Assembly (NCBI RefSeq): GCF_006345805.1
Contig: NC_043006.1
Location: forward strand, 70,060,001 to 70,124,000
Source: Octopus sinensis
Lineage: Eukaryota
DNA: 64,000 bases
Reading direction: 5' to 3'
Positions 38,822 through 51,606 of the stretch are shown one piece after another. The notes beneath the pieces are model-generated. The model was not told where the DNA came from. It saw nothing but the letters and a program-made list of their open reading frames with translations, and did no database searches. The number at the start of each line of letters is the position of its first letter. Positions within the stretch are counted from its first letter, which is position 1. The position numbers and the translations under genes are program-made.

Positions 38822-39050
38822 GTGTGTGTATATGTTTGTGTGTCTGTGTTTGTCCCGTCCCCCCCCCCCAATATCGCTTGACAACCGATGCTTGTGTGTT
38901 ACGCCCCCGTAACTTAGCGGTCCGGCAAAGGAGACGACAGAATAAGTACTAGGCTTACAAAGAATAAGTCTTGGTGCCGATTTGCTCGACTAAAGGCGGT
39001 GCTCCAGCATGGCCGTAGTCAAATGACTGAAACAAACAAACAAATAAATA
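38791..39050 (+). mobile_element. SINE family 1 microsatellite and tail
   Basis: (TA)n(TG)n tgtttgtccc...gtcaaatgactgaaacaaac. Confidence 0.85.
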
Positions 39051-39453
39051 AATAAATAAATAAATAAATAAAGGAAGGAAGATGGACTGTATTGTTTTAC
39101 GTTGCATTTTGGATCATTTCGGTTTCCAAAGATGTTATTCATTAGGTTCTTTCTATCGATCTCTTGCTATTTGAAAGCAAATGTATCGTCTTCGAAATAT
39201 GGTTTGATATAGCGGCTGCGAATTTAAGACAGGCAGCACTTTATGTCGTATTACTGTCTCCCTCGAGTTTTCGGGAAAACCCATGCCTAGTCTCTTCTGG
39301 TATACTGAACGTTTAGCCCAGCTATTGTGGCATTGTATAGTAAGGAGGTCGTCAAAAAGAAAGTACTTCTTGCCGGCACGTAGGATGTTCATTGTTTACA
39401 TTATATACATTTTTTACAATTGACGGACATTTGTCTTCATCTTGTTTGTTGTT

Positions 39454-39500
39454 AACACGACGTTTCGGCTGATATACCCTCCAGCCTTCATCAGGTGTCT
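39454..39500 (-). ncRNA. Type I hammerhead ribozyme (family A, copy 1)
   Basis: GACAC-CUGAUGA-A-GGCUG GAGGGUAUAU CAGCC-GAAAC-GUC|GUGUU. Confidence 0.85.
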
Positions 39501-39550
39501 TGAACCTGGGTTCTCATTCCTAAGGTATTTTTTCGACATTGTTATTATTA

Positions 39551-39606
<56 letters not shown>

Positions 39607-39616
39607 GACTGAGGCC

Positions 39617-39730
39617 ATGCCGGAGCACCGCTTTTAGTCGAGCAAATCGACCCCAGGACTTATTCTTTGTAAGCCTAGTACTTATTTTATCGGTCTTTGT
39701 TGCCGAACCGCTAGGTTACGGGGACGTAAA
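39617..39730 (-). mobile_element. SINE family 1 tail fragment
   Basis: ggccatgccggagcaccgc...ggggacgtaaacat. Confidence 0.8.
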
Positions 39731-39731
39731 C

Positions 39732-39789
<58 letters not shown>

Positions 39790-39826
39790 TAACAACAACA
39801 ACAACAACAACATCAACAGCAGCAGC

Positions 39827-39860
<34 letters not shown>

Positions 39861-39907
39861 TCGAAAAATATCTTAGGAATGAGAACCCAGGTTCGAAATT
39901 TCCCCAA

Positions 39908-39953
39908 GACACCTGATGAAGGCTGGAAGCTATATCAGCCGAAACGTTGTGTT
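39908..39953 (+). ncRNA. Type I hammerhead ribozyme (family A, copy 2)
   Basis: GACAC-CUGAUGA-A-GGCUG GAAGCUAUAU CAGCC-GAAAC-GUU|GUGUU. Confidence 0.8.
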
Positions 39954-40321
39954 AACAACAAACAAGATGAGGACAAATATCCGTCGAATGTAAATAATGT
40001 TCAGTTATTTTTAATAATCAGTTTTTAAATGTAATTTATATTTACGACTTTAAGTGTGATAGGTATAAATGAATGGTCGGGTCCAAAAATTTCGGAATAT
40101 TAACCATAAATTAGTCCTGGCCTCTCTATGGCAGCCACTAAGGTTTCGTCACACAACTGCAACAGAACCATATCCTTTTCTACTCTAAACACAAGGCTCG
40201 AAAAATTAAACAAAATTTAATTATTTTCCATACTTACAGTTGAAAAAGTCTCAATGACAGAAACCGGTACTGAAATGTTTTTTTATGAAATTACTTTAGC
40301 ATTTTCTACCTTGACTTTTTT

Positions 40322-40356
<35 letters not shown>

Positions 40357-40359
<3 letters not shown>

Positions 40360-40494
40360 TAGTACCTCGGTTTACGAACGCCTCTGATCACGAATAAATC
40401 GAGCTTTATATATCTATATCTATATTTATCTATATAAATATATATATAAGGCACGATTTATTCGCAGAGTCGTTGGAAAACCGAGGTACTACCG
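40357..40494. mobile_element. Tigger-like MITE
   Basis: TIRs CAGTAGTACCTCGGTTT / AAACCGAGGTACTACCG, TA flanks. Confidence 0.8.
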
Positions 40495-40506
40495 TATATA
40501 TTATAC

Positions 40507-40572
<66 letters not shown>

Positions 40573-40995
40573 ATGTATGTATATATATAATATATATATA
40601 TATAAATTGAGATAGGAGTTGTAAATGCAACCCTCCATGGGATATCATATATCCAATATACTGCTAGTGAAGTACCCAACAAAGTTACTACATAAATGTT
40701 AAGAATTGCGATGCAATTAATTCATTTACTGTATTATATGGGCAAAGGTAAAATGTTTTACCACAAATTCATAATACAAAATAAGAAAATGGAGAAATTC
40801 ATCCAAATCAAATATCAACTACCAGATAATACCCAATCATATACTTTATTAAACCACCACATAAGAAGCTTTAAAGTCAAACAATAATATAGAACAAAAC
40901 AGTGTACATAAAGGAGTAATATGATACAATAAGTACAATAAGTATATGAGAATATAAATATAAATAATATAAATATAAATATAAATATAAACAAC

Positions 40996-41122
40996 ATCTT
41001 ACAGCTGTTTCGGCCATGCAGATAAGTATGTCTCATTTTACTTATATTAGCCATTTGTGGTAGGTCAATATGTAGTTATAAATGAGACATTTACACAAAT
41101 ATCCTAAGGCCTCTTCGGAGAT
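40996..41122 (-). ncRNA. Type I hammerhead family C (U4C core variant, long stem II)
   Basis: AUCU-CCGAAGA-GGCC[~92-nt branched hairpin]GGCC-GAAAC-AGCU-GUA|AGAU. Confidence 0.7.
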
Positions 41123-41586
41123 TATGAAATACAAACCAAATTACATATACACTTATATAAGTGTGGGTACATACCCATAATAAATCATATACATATACAT
41201 ATGAGTGCATATACTCATACTCCTATACATATACATATACATAATAATATAAATAATATAAATCAATAAACATACATATGTTCCATATTCAATGTTACAG
41301 TTTTTCAACTTAATATTGTGATATTACAATGTAGAAAACATACACGTATTAATACCCAAATGCAGATATACAGCGTCAAGAGTACATTATATTAATTGAT
41401 ATTAATTTACAAAATGTCATTATTCATGGGTGGATATATATGTATATGTTTTTCTTATACGTATGAGTACGCAAATACATATTTAAATATGTATATATGT
41501 ATATGCGAATGTTTGCAGACACAGTGCATGAGAGTGTATAAATGTTTATGGACATGTGCGGATGTGCGTGTGAGTGTGTGTGTGTG

Positions 41587-41791
41587 TACTCTTTTACTCT
41601 TTTACTTGTTTCAGTCATTTGACTGCGGCCATGCTGGAGCACCGCCTTTAGTCGAGCAAATCAACCCCGGGACTTATTCTTTGAAAGCCCAGTACTTATT
41701 CTATCGGTCTCTTTTTTGCCGAACCGCTAAATAACGGGGACGTAAACACACCAGCATCGGTTGTCAAGCAATGCTAGGGGGACAAACACAG

Positions 41792-41870
<79 letters not shown>

Positions 41871-42040
41871 TATATATACGACAGGCTTCTTTCAGTTTCC
41901 GTCTACCAAATTCACTCACAAGGCATTGGTCGGCCCGGGGCTATAGCAGAAGACACTTGCCCAAGATGCCACGCAGTGGGACTGAACCCGGAACTATGTG
42001 GTTGGTTAGCAAGCTACTTACCACACAGCCACTCCTGCGA
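41587..42040 (-). mobile_element. SINE family 1 full length
   Basis: cttttactcttttacttgtttcagtc...cacacagccactcctgcg. Confidence 0.9.
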
Positions 42041-43244
42041 CTATATGTGTATAAATGTTGGTATCGTTTTCCCATGCCTGTGCTGGTTTATTTATACGTC
42101 CTTTGTTGGACAGACATATATTTTGTAATTTAGTAAATATATGTGGATATGTCGAAATGTGTTCATATGTATATGTATGTGTATGTATGTTTTTGTATGT
42201 ATATGTATATTCATGGGTGGATATATATGTATATGTTTTTCTTATACGTATGAGTACGCAAATACATATTTAAATATGTATATATGTATATGCGAATGTT
42301 TGCAAACACAGTGCATGAGAGTGTATAAATGTTTATGTATATGTGCGGATGTGCGTGTGTGTGTATGTAAATGTTGGTATAGTTTTCCCATGCCTGTACT
42401 GGTTTAGTAGAAATGTAACAATATAGAAGTTTCAGTGGCAAGATAATTTGTTTACGAAATATACGGTGTTATTTTAATTATGTATCTTATGATAATAACG
42501 TACTTCGACTAGGTATAGTTGTCTGCGTGCTTGCATGTACGCATTTTTATGGATATATGTGAGTAGATCTGTATGTAAACATGTGGGAGGGGGGGCTGGT
42601 ACTTCTTATGTTGCGATTTGTCTGTGTATGTGCGTGTGGGCGCACGTTTGCAAGTGTACGTGTGTGGATGTTTCTCAACAAACCAACCGTAAAGAAGACA
42701 ATTGTAATTTAAATTTAAATGTACAAGCCAATCATATTTTAGCGCTAGATTCGTAACTATTTCTGAACGTAATACTGTGTTTGTGTCACTATTGAAATTA
42801 TAAATTTGAACTCGTATGTACATCTATGCACCTGTGAATCTTAATATCATGTAAACAGAATGCTTTTATTTCTTATTTTGTATATATATGCAGATATTTA
42901 ATGCTTTGCATGGTACTGTAGTACTATTGTGGTCCTTAGTTTTGCTATTATATTGCTAATAATGGGATCTATATTTTATTTTACTAGTATTAGTGTTATT
43001 AATAATAAGAATAATGATATTGGTAGCATTAGTGGTAGTGATAATGGTAATGATGTTAACATTAATGACATTTTGTAAATTAATATAAATTAATATAATG
43101 TACTCTTGACTCTGTATATCTGCATTTGGGTATTAATATGTGTATGTTTTCTACATTGTAATATCACAATATTAAGTTGAAAAACTGTAACATTGAATAT
43201 GGAACATATGTATGTTTATTGATTTATATTATTTATATTATTAC

Positions 43245-43304
<60 letters not shown>

Positions 43305-43410
43305 GAGTATGTGTAGGAGTATATGCACTCATATGTATATGTATATGATTTATTATGGGTATGTACCCACACTTATATAAGTGTATATGTAATTTGGTTT
43401 GTATTTCATA

Positions 43411-43537
43411 ATCTCCGAAGAGGCCTTAGGATATTTTTGTAAATGTCTCATTTATAACTACATATTGACCTACCACAAATGGTTAATATAAGTAAAATGA
43501 GACATACTTATCTGCATGGCCGAAACAGCTGTAAGAT
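43411..43537 (+). ncRNA. Type I hammerhead family C, second copy
   Basis: Same fold; inner helices AUGUCUCAUUU/AAAUGAGACAU and UAUUGACC/GGUUAAUA. Confidence 0.7.
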
Positions 43538-43769
43538 GTTATTTATATTTATATTTATATTTATTTATATTTATATTCTCATATACATATTGTACTTATT
43601 GTATCATATTACTCCTTTATGTACACTGTTTTGTTCTATATTATTATGTTTGACCTTAAAGTTTCTTATGTGGTGGTTTAATAAAGTATGTGATTGGGTA
43701 TTATCTGGTAGTTTATATTTGATTTGGATGTATTTCTCCATTTTCTTATTTTGTATATATATATACCAT

Positions 43770-44110
43770 CCGCTCTGTCTAAATGCAGGAGCAAATACTG
43801 CAATAGTCTAGAGTTCAAAGACCCACAGTTCTTCAATGCCCTGCCAAATAAAATTAAGAAATTGGCATAAGGCAGAAGTAGATATCTTCAAAAAGGAACT
43901 AGACATCCTCTTCCCCACAATACCAGATGAACCAACAGCCCGACATGACGTATATACGAGTGAAGTGGAATCAAACTCCCTTATATACCAAATGGGCCAA
44001 CAGCAGGGGCAAAGGCGCACACAGGTGTGGGGATGTGAAGCACCCCAAAGACCACGGTGGTACTCCAGCTTGACCGCAGTCGCATGGCTGAAAAGATTAA
44101 AAGAGCAAAA
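43770..44110 (+). pseudogene. CR1/L2-group LINE 3' end
   Basis: NSLEFKDPQFFNALPNKI...FKKELDILFPTIPDEP...SNSLIYQ (frameshifted). Confidence 0.6.
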
Positions 44111-44119
44111 GGGTAAGAG

Positions 44120-44175
<56 letters not shown>

Positions 44176-44320
44176 TATAATATATATATATACATATATA
44201 ATATATATACATATATATTATATACATATACACATAAATATATATGTATGTATGTATGTGTATAACAAGTATATGCTTATATAGCCATATATATGTATGT
44301 ATATATATATTATGTGTGTG

Positions 44321-44357
<37 letters not shown>

Positions 44358-44889
44358 CACACACACATACACACATACATACATGGACATACATACATGG
44401 ACATACATACATACGCGCCACCGACATATTGACAGGGGGGGAGATCTACCCATCACATCCAGCGGGATTCTAGTCATCCATGCTCGTCAACATCTCGCTC
44501 CATTCATCCTCATCTACAGGTCGTGCTTGTCTCGTCAACATCTTTCGGCAACATCTATAAAGAGAACAACTATTATTTTGCACAAAACCCACATTTTTTT
44601 GGATTATTTTCTTTTTGCTTTCTCCTCAGCGCCTCCTCCTCCTCCTCCTCCTCCTCCTCTCTCTCTCTCTCAGTATCGCTTTCTGTCTGTCTGTCTGTCA
44701 GTTCAGTTGTTTGCCGCTTTGTATTATGGTTTCATATTTTCCACTCTCTCTTCTCTAAGTCTTCTCCTCTGCATCTCTTTTTTTTCTTTATTGTGGTTTC
44801 TTTATTGGTTTTTGTTTTTTTTTATTTTTGCTGGTGTAGGGTGGAAGGCGGGTAGGTTCCATCGACAGGGTGCCCATGGATAAGAAAGA

Positions 44890-45824
44890 AGACTAGGAAG
44901 ACGAGGAAGAGGGGGAAGAAGAAAGAGGAGAAGGAGGAGGAGGAGGAATAAGATTGCTCGTAATTGGAAGTCGTCAAAGAATGGAACCCAGTCTCACCCC
45001 CGCCACCACCCCTTGCAAAAATATTTAAAAACACAAGGAGGAGGTGGAGTGGGAGGAGGAGATGGAGTGGGAGGGTGAGGCGGAGAGGCGGAGATGGAGG
45101 AGGAAACGAAGAGGGTGTCGGTGCCAGACATAGGATAGGTGTATGAATGGCTGTTGGTGGTGGTCGTGATGGTGGTAGTGGTGGGGGTGAGGGTGAGGTG
45201 GTGGGACGGTAGTGGTGGTATGGTGGTGCTGGTGCTGGTGGTGGGGACGATGGGGACGGTGGTAGCGGTGGTGCTGGTGGTGCTGGTGGTGCTGGTGGTG
45301 CTGGCGATAGTGGTTGTGATGGTGGTGGTGGTGGTGATGTGGTTGTAGTGGTGGCGATGATGGTTGTGTTGGTGGTGGTGGATGTGGTAGTGATGGTGGT
45401 GTCTGTGGTGTTGATGGTGGTGACATTCGTGATAGCAGTGGTGATGGTGGTGGAAATAGCAGTAGTGATGGTGGTAATAAGGGGGTGCTGGTGCTGGTGC
45501 TGGTGGGGTTGGTGGTGGCTGGTAGTGGTAGCAGCGATGGTTTTGTTGGTGTTAAAGTTGAAATGTTCATTGTTACTATTATTATTGTTGTTTCGTCCCA
45601 ACTCAGCCCAGATCGAATATATCAATGATCGAAGGCATTCCATTTCTGACCATCTCGTCTTCGGTTTGTATGCATCGAACTCGGATTGCATAATTCAACG
45701 GGTTTCTTTCTACGATGGTAAGGAGGGATTTAAGGGCGATATGGCTTTTATTTCTCGCAGGCTGGGTGAAAATGTAGAGGCTCCATAGCTGCTTTGAGTA
45801 TTGGTGGTGGTGGTGGTGGTGGTG

Positions 45825-45859
<35 letters not shown>

Positions 45860-45960
45860 GTCGCTGCTGCTGCTACTTTGATGGTGCCGGTGGTGCAGGC
45901 GGTGGTAGTGTTAGTTCTTGTGGTCCACGTCGTTGTTGTCGCCATCGCTGTGGTGACGTT
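44890..45960. repeat. (GGA)/(GGT)/(CGT) low-complexity tract with short interspersed repeat
   Basis: Directly visible. Confidence 0.85.
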
Positions 45961-45972
45961 AGGGTTAGGGTT

Positions 45973-47783
45973 GTTATGGACCGACTATCGTAAGGCGTAC
46001 TATATGATCCCACATTCTTGGATTATGGAGTGTATGAACCTATTTGGTATTGCATCGAATGTTGAGCGATTGCTTGGAAAAAGTATGGCGAATTGAAGGA
46101 CGAACCTGACAGCATACGGAAGAAGTTTAGGGACAGTAGAAATTAGAAGGGGCGTCTTTCAAGAGGACTACCTGTCCCCACTGATCTTTGTACTGTGCTT
46201 GATACCACTAACACTGATTCTGAGGAAAGTAAAACCTGGGTATATATTTAAAAGCCACCAACAAAAAGTCAACCATTTGTTACTCATGGATGACCTCAAA
46301 CTTTATGGTAAAGATGAAGCCCAAATCAGTTCCCTCGTTGATACGGTGTATACCTTCAGTGCTGATATCAGAATAGAGTTCGGACTGAGAAAGTGTGGTG
46401 TGTTAGTCTTGAAGAGAGGCAAAATCAAATGTATGGACGGGGGCGGGGGAGGTTATGAAGCAGATAGAAGAGATAGGCTATAAGTACTTGGGGATTTGGG
46501 AAATAGATACATTGATGGAGAAAGAAATAGCAGAAAGGTTTAAGGTGGAGTACTTGTGCAGACTGAGACTGTTCCTTAAGTCGAAATTAAACGGACTGAA
46601 TAAGATCGTAGCTATCAACACCGGGACGATTTCACTCCTTAGATATGGAGCAAGGGTAATCGTATGGACAGCAGATGGATTAAACAGCTTAGACAGAAAG
46701 GCAAGGAAGTTGCTAACTAAATATGGTACAGACTGTATGTACCAAGAAAAAGAGGGGGAAGAGGACTTATTGGATGCGAACACAGCATTAAAGCAGAAGA
46801 AACAAGCATAGCATGGTATATAAAAAAAATGCCACACAACCACTATTATTAGAAGTAAGAAGGTCAGGTTTGTGTAGGATGAAAGATTGCAAAGATAAAT
46901 CACTATACAAGAAATTGAAAATGAATGAAACCGAATAGAGGTGGGTAAAGACAAGAATGCATAGTCAATTTCATAGAGATATTTAAGATAAGACAGACAG
47001 AGAAAAAAGATGGTTGTGGATGACTAAAAGTTATTTAAAAACGGAAACGGAGGCTGTAATCTGTGCAGCCCAAGAGCAAGCATTAAGAACAAACTACATA
47101 AAATACAGAATAGACAGCACAGCAGAAAGTGATAAGTGCAGAATCTGTGGACAAAATGGTGGAACCATATGGCATATTACCAGCCAATATACGCCAGTAG
47201 CCTAGAAGGAATATAAGAGATGCCGCGACAATATAGCCAGGCTCGTCTATTGGACACTTTGCAACAAGTATGGACTTGACAGATCAAAAAATTGGTACGA
47301 CCACAAACCTGAAGGCATCGTCGAAAATAGAAATGCAAAGATCCTATGGGATTTTATGATTCCGTGTGACCATGAGATAGAGAATAGGAAACCAGACATA
47401 GTCTTAATTGAGAAAGAAGACTAACTATGCCGGATCATAGATATAGCATGCCCAGCTGACAACAAAGTATGCGATAAGGAAGAAATAAAAGTTGATAGAT
47501 ATGACAGGTTAGCTTGGGAAGTTAAGCAATTGTGGTCGATGAAAAAGGTGGCAGTAGTAACAATAATTGTCGGAGCCCTGTGAAGAGTGAGCAAAAATCT
47601 CGAGAAGTACGTGGAAATAGGGGCTGCAATAAGGGTGGAGCACCTGCAGAAAACAGCACTGCTTGGAACCGCTCGAATACTCCGGAAGGTGCTCGAAAAA
47701 TAAAAGGTGTTACCTTAGTTCACCGGTAGTGAACAGCTGACAACACCGTAGTACATCTCCAGCGTGTGAAGCTGTGCAAAGGC
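45973..47783 (+). mobile_element. 5'-truncated R4/Dong-like LINE (RT plus zinc knuckle plus RLE), degraded
   Basis: DYRKAYYMIPHSW, NHLLLMDDLKLY, YKYLG, CRICG..HI, WDF..CDHEIENRKPDIV, IDIACP; ends in (AAT)n. Confidence 0.9.
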
Positions 47784-47836
47784 AATAATAATAATATATA
47801 ATAATAATAATAATAATAATAATGATAATAATAATA

Positions 47837-47886
<50 letters not shown>

Positions 47887-47949
47887 TAATAATAATAATA
47901 ATAATGATAATAATAATAAAAGTTTTACACTGGAAAATAATAACAGCGC

Positions 47950-50880
47950 TACCAATAAAGAAGGGACAACTGGTACCAGTGATTTAAGTGAGGAAGATCA
48001 GAAGATTTTAGACGAGTTGCAGGAAGTAATGAGTAAAGAAGTAAGAAAAAGATTACCAGCATTAAAAAGCACCAGCAGAAGGAAGCTACTAGAAATGACT
48101 AGGAAAATAAATTCTATTATCAGTAGGATAGATGCAAAAAATATAGGAGACACTAACTTATTGATCTATACAAGAGGAGTAGTAGTCATCAGAAGATTAG
48201 GGAAAATACATCATCATCCTTCGACCAACCTATGATTGGTCGGAACTCCATTGACAATCCTTTTCCACACTACACGGTCCTGCATTGCTGTGTTCAGATC
48301 TCTAATATCCAACCCTGAGTCCCGAGATATAGTATCTGAAAATGTCAGTTTCCTGGAGAAAATACTTCCAGAGGGATGCCATAGGAGCAGGAATGAGATA
48401 ACCTCTTTCTCTGCTTGATGACAGTGGCTAGTAAATTGAAGCTGTTTCTGCTTTAGCTTGGGGAATATTGGTATAAGATTTCCGTAGTAAGTGTTAGTAA
48501 GTGTTGGGTGTGATCTCCAACTGATGTTCTATATATATTACTGAGCAGGTCGGTATATGTTCCATCTAGTTGTTTTTCTAAGAGAGCTGAAAATGTTAAA
48601 GGTCTCTGATCCATAGAGAAGGACCGGCTCATTCAGTGTTCTAAGTATTTAAACTTATAACATGTGTGGAAGGTTTGAGCGCCAGATCTTATCAAGTCTG
48701 TTACAGACATCTCAAGCAAGAGCGTTGCGGATACGAAAGTCCATTTGGGAATCTACTATGTGTGGTCGAAGATATTTGAAGTCGTCAACATTTTTGAGTG
48801 ATATTTTATTGAGCGATTCAAGTTCAGTTAACTTGGAGGAGGTTGTGATAAACTCTGTCTTACTCTCATTGCAGTAAAGGCCGACCTGGTTTACTGCTTT
48901 CTCCAGTGCTTGTAACAAAGATTCTGCATCTTTAATACAATGGGATATCAAGGCAAGATCGTCAGCAAAGTCAAAATCAGTTAAACATTGTGCGCAATAC
49001 TAACTGATCTGGCGGGGTTTCAAAAGAAGTCCCTTTTCCTCCATACTGTCTTGGTATGATTAAAAATATTTAAAAAGAGCAAATGTGGAAAATGAGACTA
49101 CAAAATAAAGGGAAGACTTTAAGACAAGATCTGAGTAGAATAGGAGCCCGGAAACTGAACAAGTTAGGAAACAAGAGGTAAATCTTCCCTCGAGAAAAGA
49201 TACTAACTAAAAAGAAAGGATTTGGGACAATAATAGAAGAGTTGAAAGAGCGTATCATAGCAGTAGCAGGCAAGCTCTCCAGATATCAGAAAAGAATAGA
49301 TCACTATCAACAGAATAGATAATCTGAGACAGACCAGAGGAAATTTTATAAACAAAAAAAATAGTGGCGAGCGAAGTACTGAAGATGAGATACCTAATGC
49401 AGAAAAAGCTAGAAAGTTCTGGAGTAATGTTTGGGATAAGCCAGTCAAGCAGTATGGTTAAAGAAAGTGAGGGAAGAAGTAGTGAGTGAGAAGCAATCAG
49501 ACCTAAGACTACCTAGTGCATTAATGAGTAAAGTATTAGGGAAAATGCCGAACTGGAAGGGCCCATGACCAGATTTAGTTCAAGTGTACTGGCTAAAGAA
49601 ACTTAATAGTTTACATGGGAAGCTGAGGGAACAACTTCAGGATTGCCTTCATAGAGGAATAATACCAGACTGGATGACTAGAGGGGGGACAGTACTCATT
49701 ATGAAAGATAAGAGCAAGGGTAATACAGTCAATAACTATAGACTAATCACTTGCTTACCATTAGTGTAGAAGTTGTTAACAGGAATGCTTTCAGAAAGCA
49801 TTTACGAGCACCTTGACAACCAGAATTTACTGCCAGACCAACAGAAAGGTTGAATGAAGAAGGCTAGAGGAACGCATGATCTATTATACATAGACAAAGC
49901 AGTTCTAAATGAAGTAAAAGCTAGACAAAATATCTAGCAATAGCATGGATAGATTATAGGACATGATCATCCTATGACATGATCCTACACTCATGGATAA
50001 GTGAATGTTTGAGTATATCTAGTATAGCAGACAACATAAGAGAATTAATTAGCTTTAGCATGAAGAAATGGAAAGTAGATCTCTACTCAGGTGACACATT
50101 CTTAGGGAATGTTAATATCAAAAGAAGAATCTTTTACGGGGACTTGTTGTTCCCCTTTATATTTGTCTTGTGTTGATCCCCCTCAGTTTAGTATTAAGGA
50201 AGGCAAAGGCAAGGTATAAGTTTAGAAATAGTAAGAGAAAAATTAACCATTTGCTCCACATGGATGATCTGAAGCGTTTTAGTAAGAATGAAAGATAGAT
50301 TCCTTAATACAGACTGTAAGACTTTTCAGCAAAAATATAGGCATGGAATTTGGCATAGATAAGTGTGCAATATTAGTAATGAGAAAGGGACAGGTAGTCA
50401 ACAGTAAAGGCATCCAATTACTAGATGGCCAGACATTAAAATCAATGAAAGCAGGAAAGAGTTATAAGTATCTAGGAATATTAGAATCTGACAGAGTATT
50501 AACTATAGAAATGAAAACTAAAATTAAGGAGTACATCAGAAGGGTGAGGCAGCTAATGAGGTCAAAGCTAAATGGTCCGAATCTAGTGAAGGCTGTAAAT
50601 ACTTGGACAATATCATTACTTAGATACTCAGCAGTTTTTGTAGATTGGACAAAAACTTAATTAGCAAAGGTCGACAGAAGAATTAAGAAGGAATTTAATA
50701 TGAATGGAGGACTCCACCCAAGGGTACGAGTAACAAAATTATACTTACCTTGAAAGATAAGATGGTGTAAGAGGATTAATATCAGTAGAAGACTGCGTGG
50801 AGTTAGCTAGAGTTGATATAGACTCTTATGTAGGTAAGCTAATACGGAAGAAAGTTTACTAGGATACGTAGGAGGGTTCT
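47950..50880 (+). mobile_element. Second R4/Dong-like LINE, interrupted and 3'-truncated
   Basis: KRLPALK, YWLKKL, NYRLITCL, HMDDLK, YKYLG, NTWTISLLRYS; follows (AAT)n. Confidence 0.85.
48213..49050 (-). pseudogene. RTE-X-like LINE 3' fragment nested in the R4-like element
   Basis: LTDFDFADDLAL...VGLYCNESKTE...DFKYL; C-terminal LLWHP...DRVVW; (GAT)n tail at 48213. Confidence 0.8.
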
Positions 50881-51467
50881 TGGCATCTAAGGTTACTTGT
50901 TGTAGCCCGATGTTAGGAAGTTTTCTTTTCCAACAGTCTAATCTGTTGAGTGTATATGAAAAAAATAACAACAACGACAATAACAACAACAGCAAACCAT
51001 ATCATTCAAACTAAGGCTGAAAGGAGAATCCCTATTTGGAACTTAATGCAGAAAAAGTACGAACAAATTAAAGCATTAAAAAAATAGCTGCTCGACATAA
51101 TGATGACAATTTAAATAAAGGGCCGGACCTTACATGTCCATAAAATCTGGAGAGAATCATAAATAGACAAGAGGGAAAATATTTGATGCATATTTCACAT
51201 CCATATTCTTTTATACAATTTGAAGAGACAATAATTCTGATCTAAAAGTAACTGCGTATTAAAAAAAAAGGATTAGCTAATATAAAAATATACATTTTGA
51301 AGACCAGAAAAATATCAGAAATCGAAATAGAATGTTTTACAAGAAGGAATAACGCAATAACAACAACAGAAAGTAAATACAGTTCTATATTTAAGAGATG
51401 AGGAATTATGTACATTATTTACATTATTTACATTTGACGGATATTTGTCCTCATCTTGTTTATTGTT

Positions 51468-51514
51468 AACACAACGTTTCGGCTGATATACCCTCCAGCC
51501 TTCATCAGGTGTTT
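51468..51514 (-). ncRNA. Type I hammerhead ribozyme (family A, copy 3)
   Basis: AACAC-CUGAUGA-A-GGCUG GAGGGUAUAU CAGCC-GAAAC-GUU|GUGUU. Confidence 0.8.
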
Positions 51515-51560
51515 TGGGGAAATTTCGAAACTGGATTCTCATTCCTAAGATATTTTTCGA

Positions 51561-51606
<46 letters not shown>

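Larger units (their letters stand above)
40774..43756. repeat. Inverted arms of ~650 bp (40774-41422 / 43063-43756), each with an HHR; Penelope-LTR-like
   Basis: Arms are near-identical reverse complements; the spacer holds a SINE and a duplicated AT-rich block. Confidence 0.9.

Noticed and set aside
45958-45972. ttagggttagggtt telomere-like motif at the LINE 5' truncation
   Set aside because: Only two units within a GGT/GTT-rich tract; expected by chance
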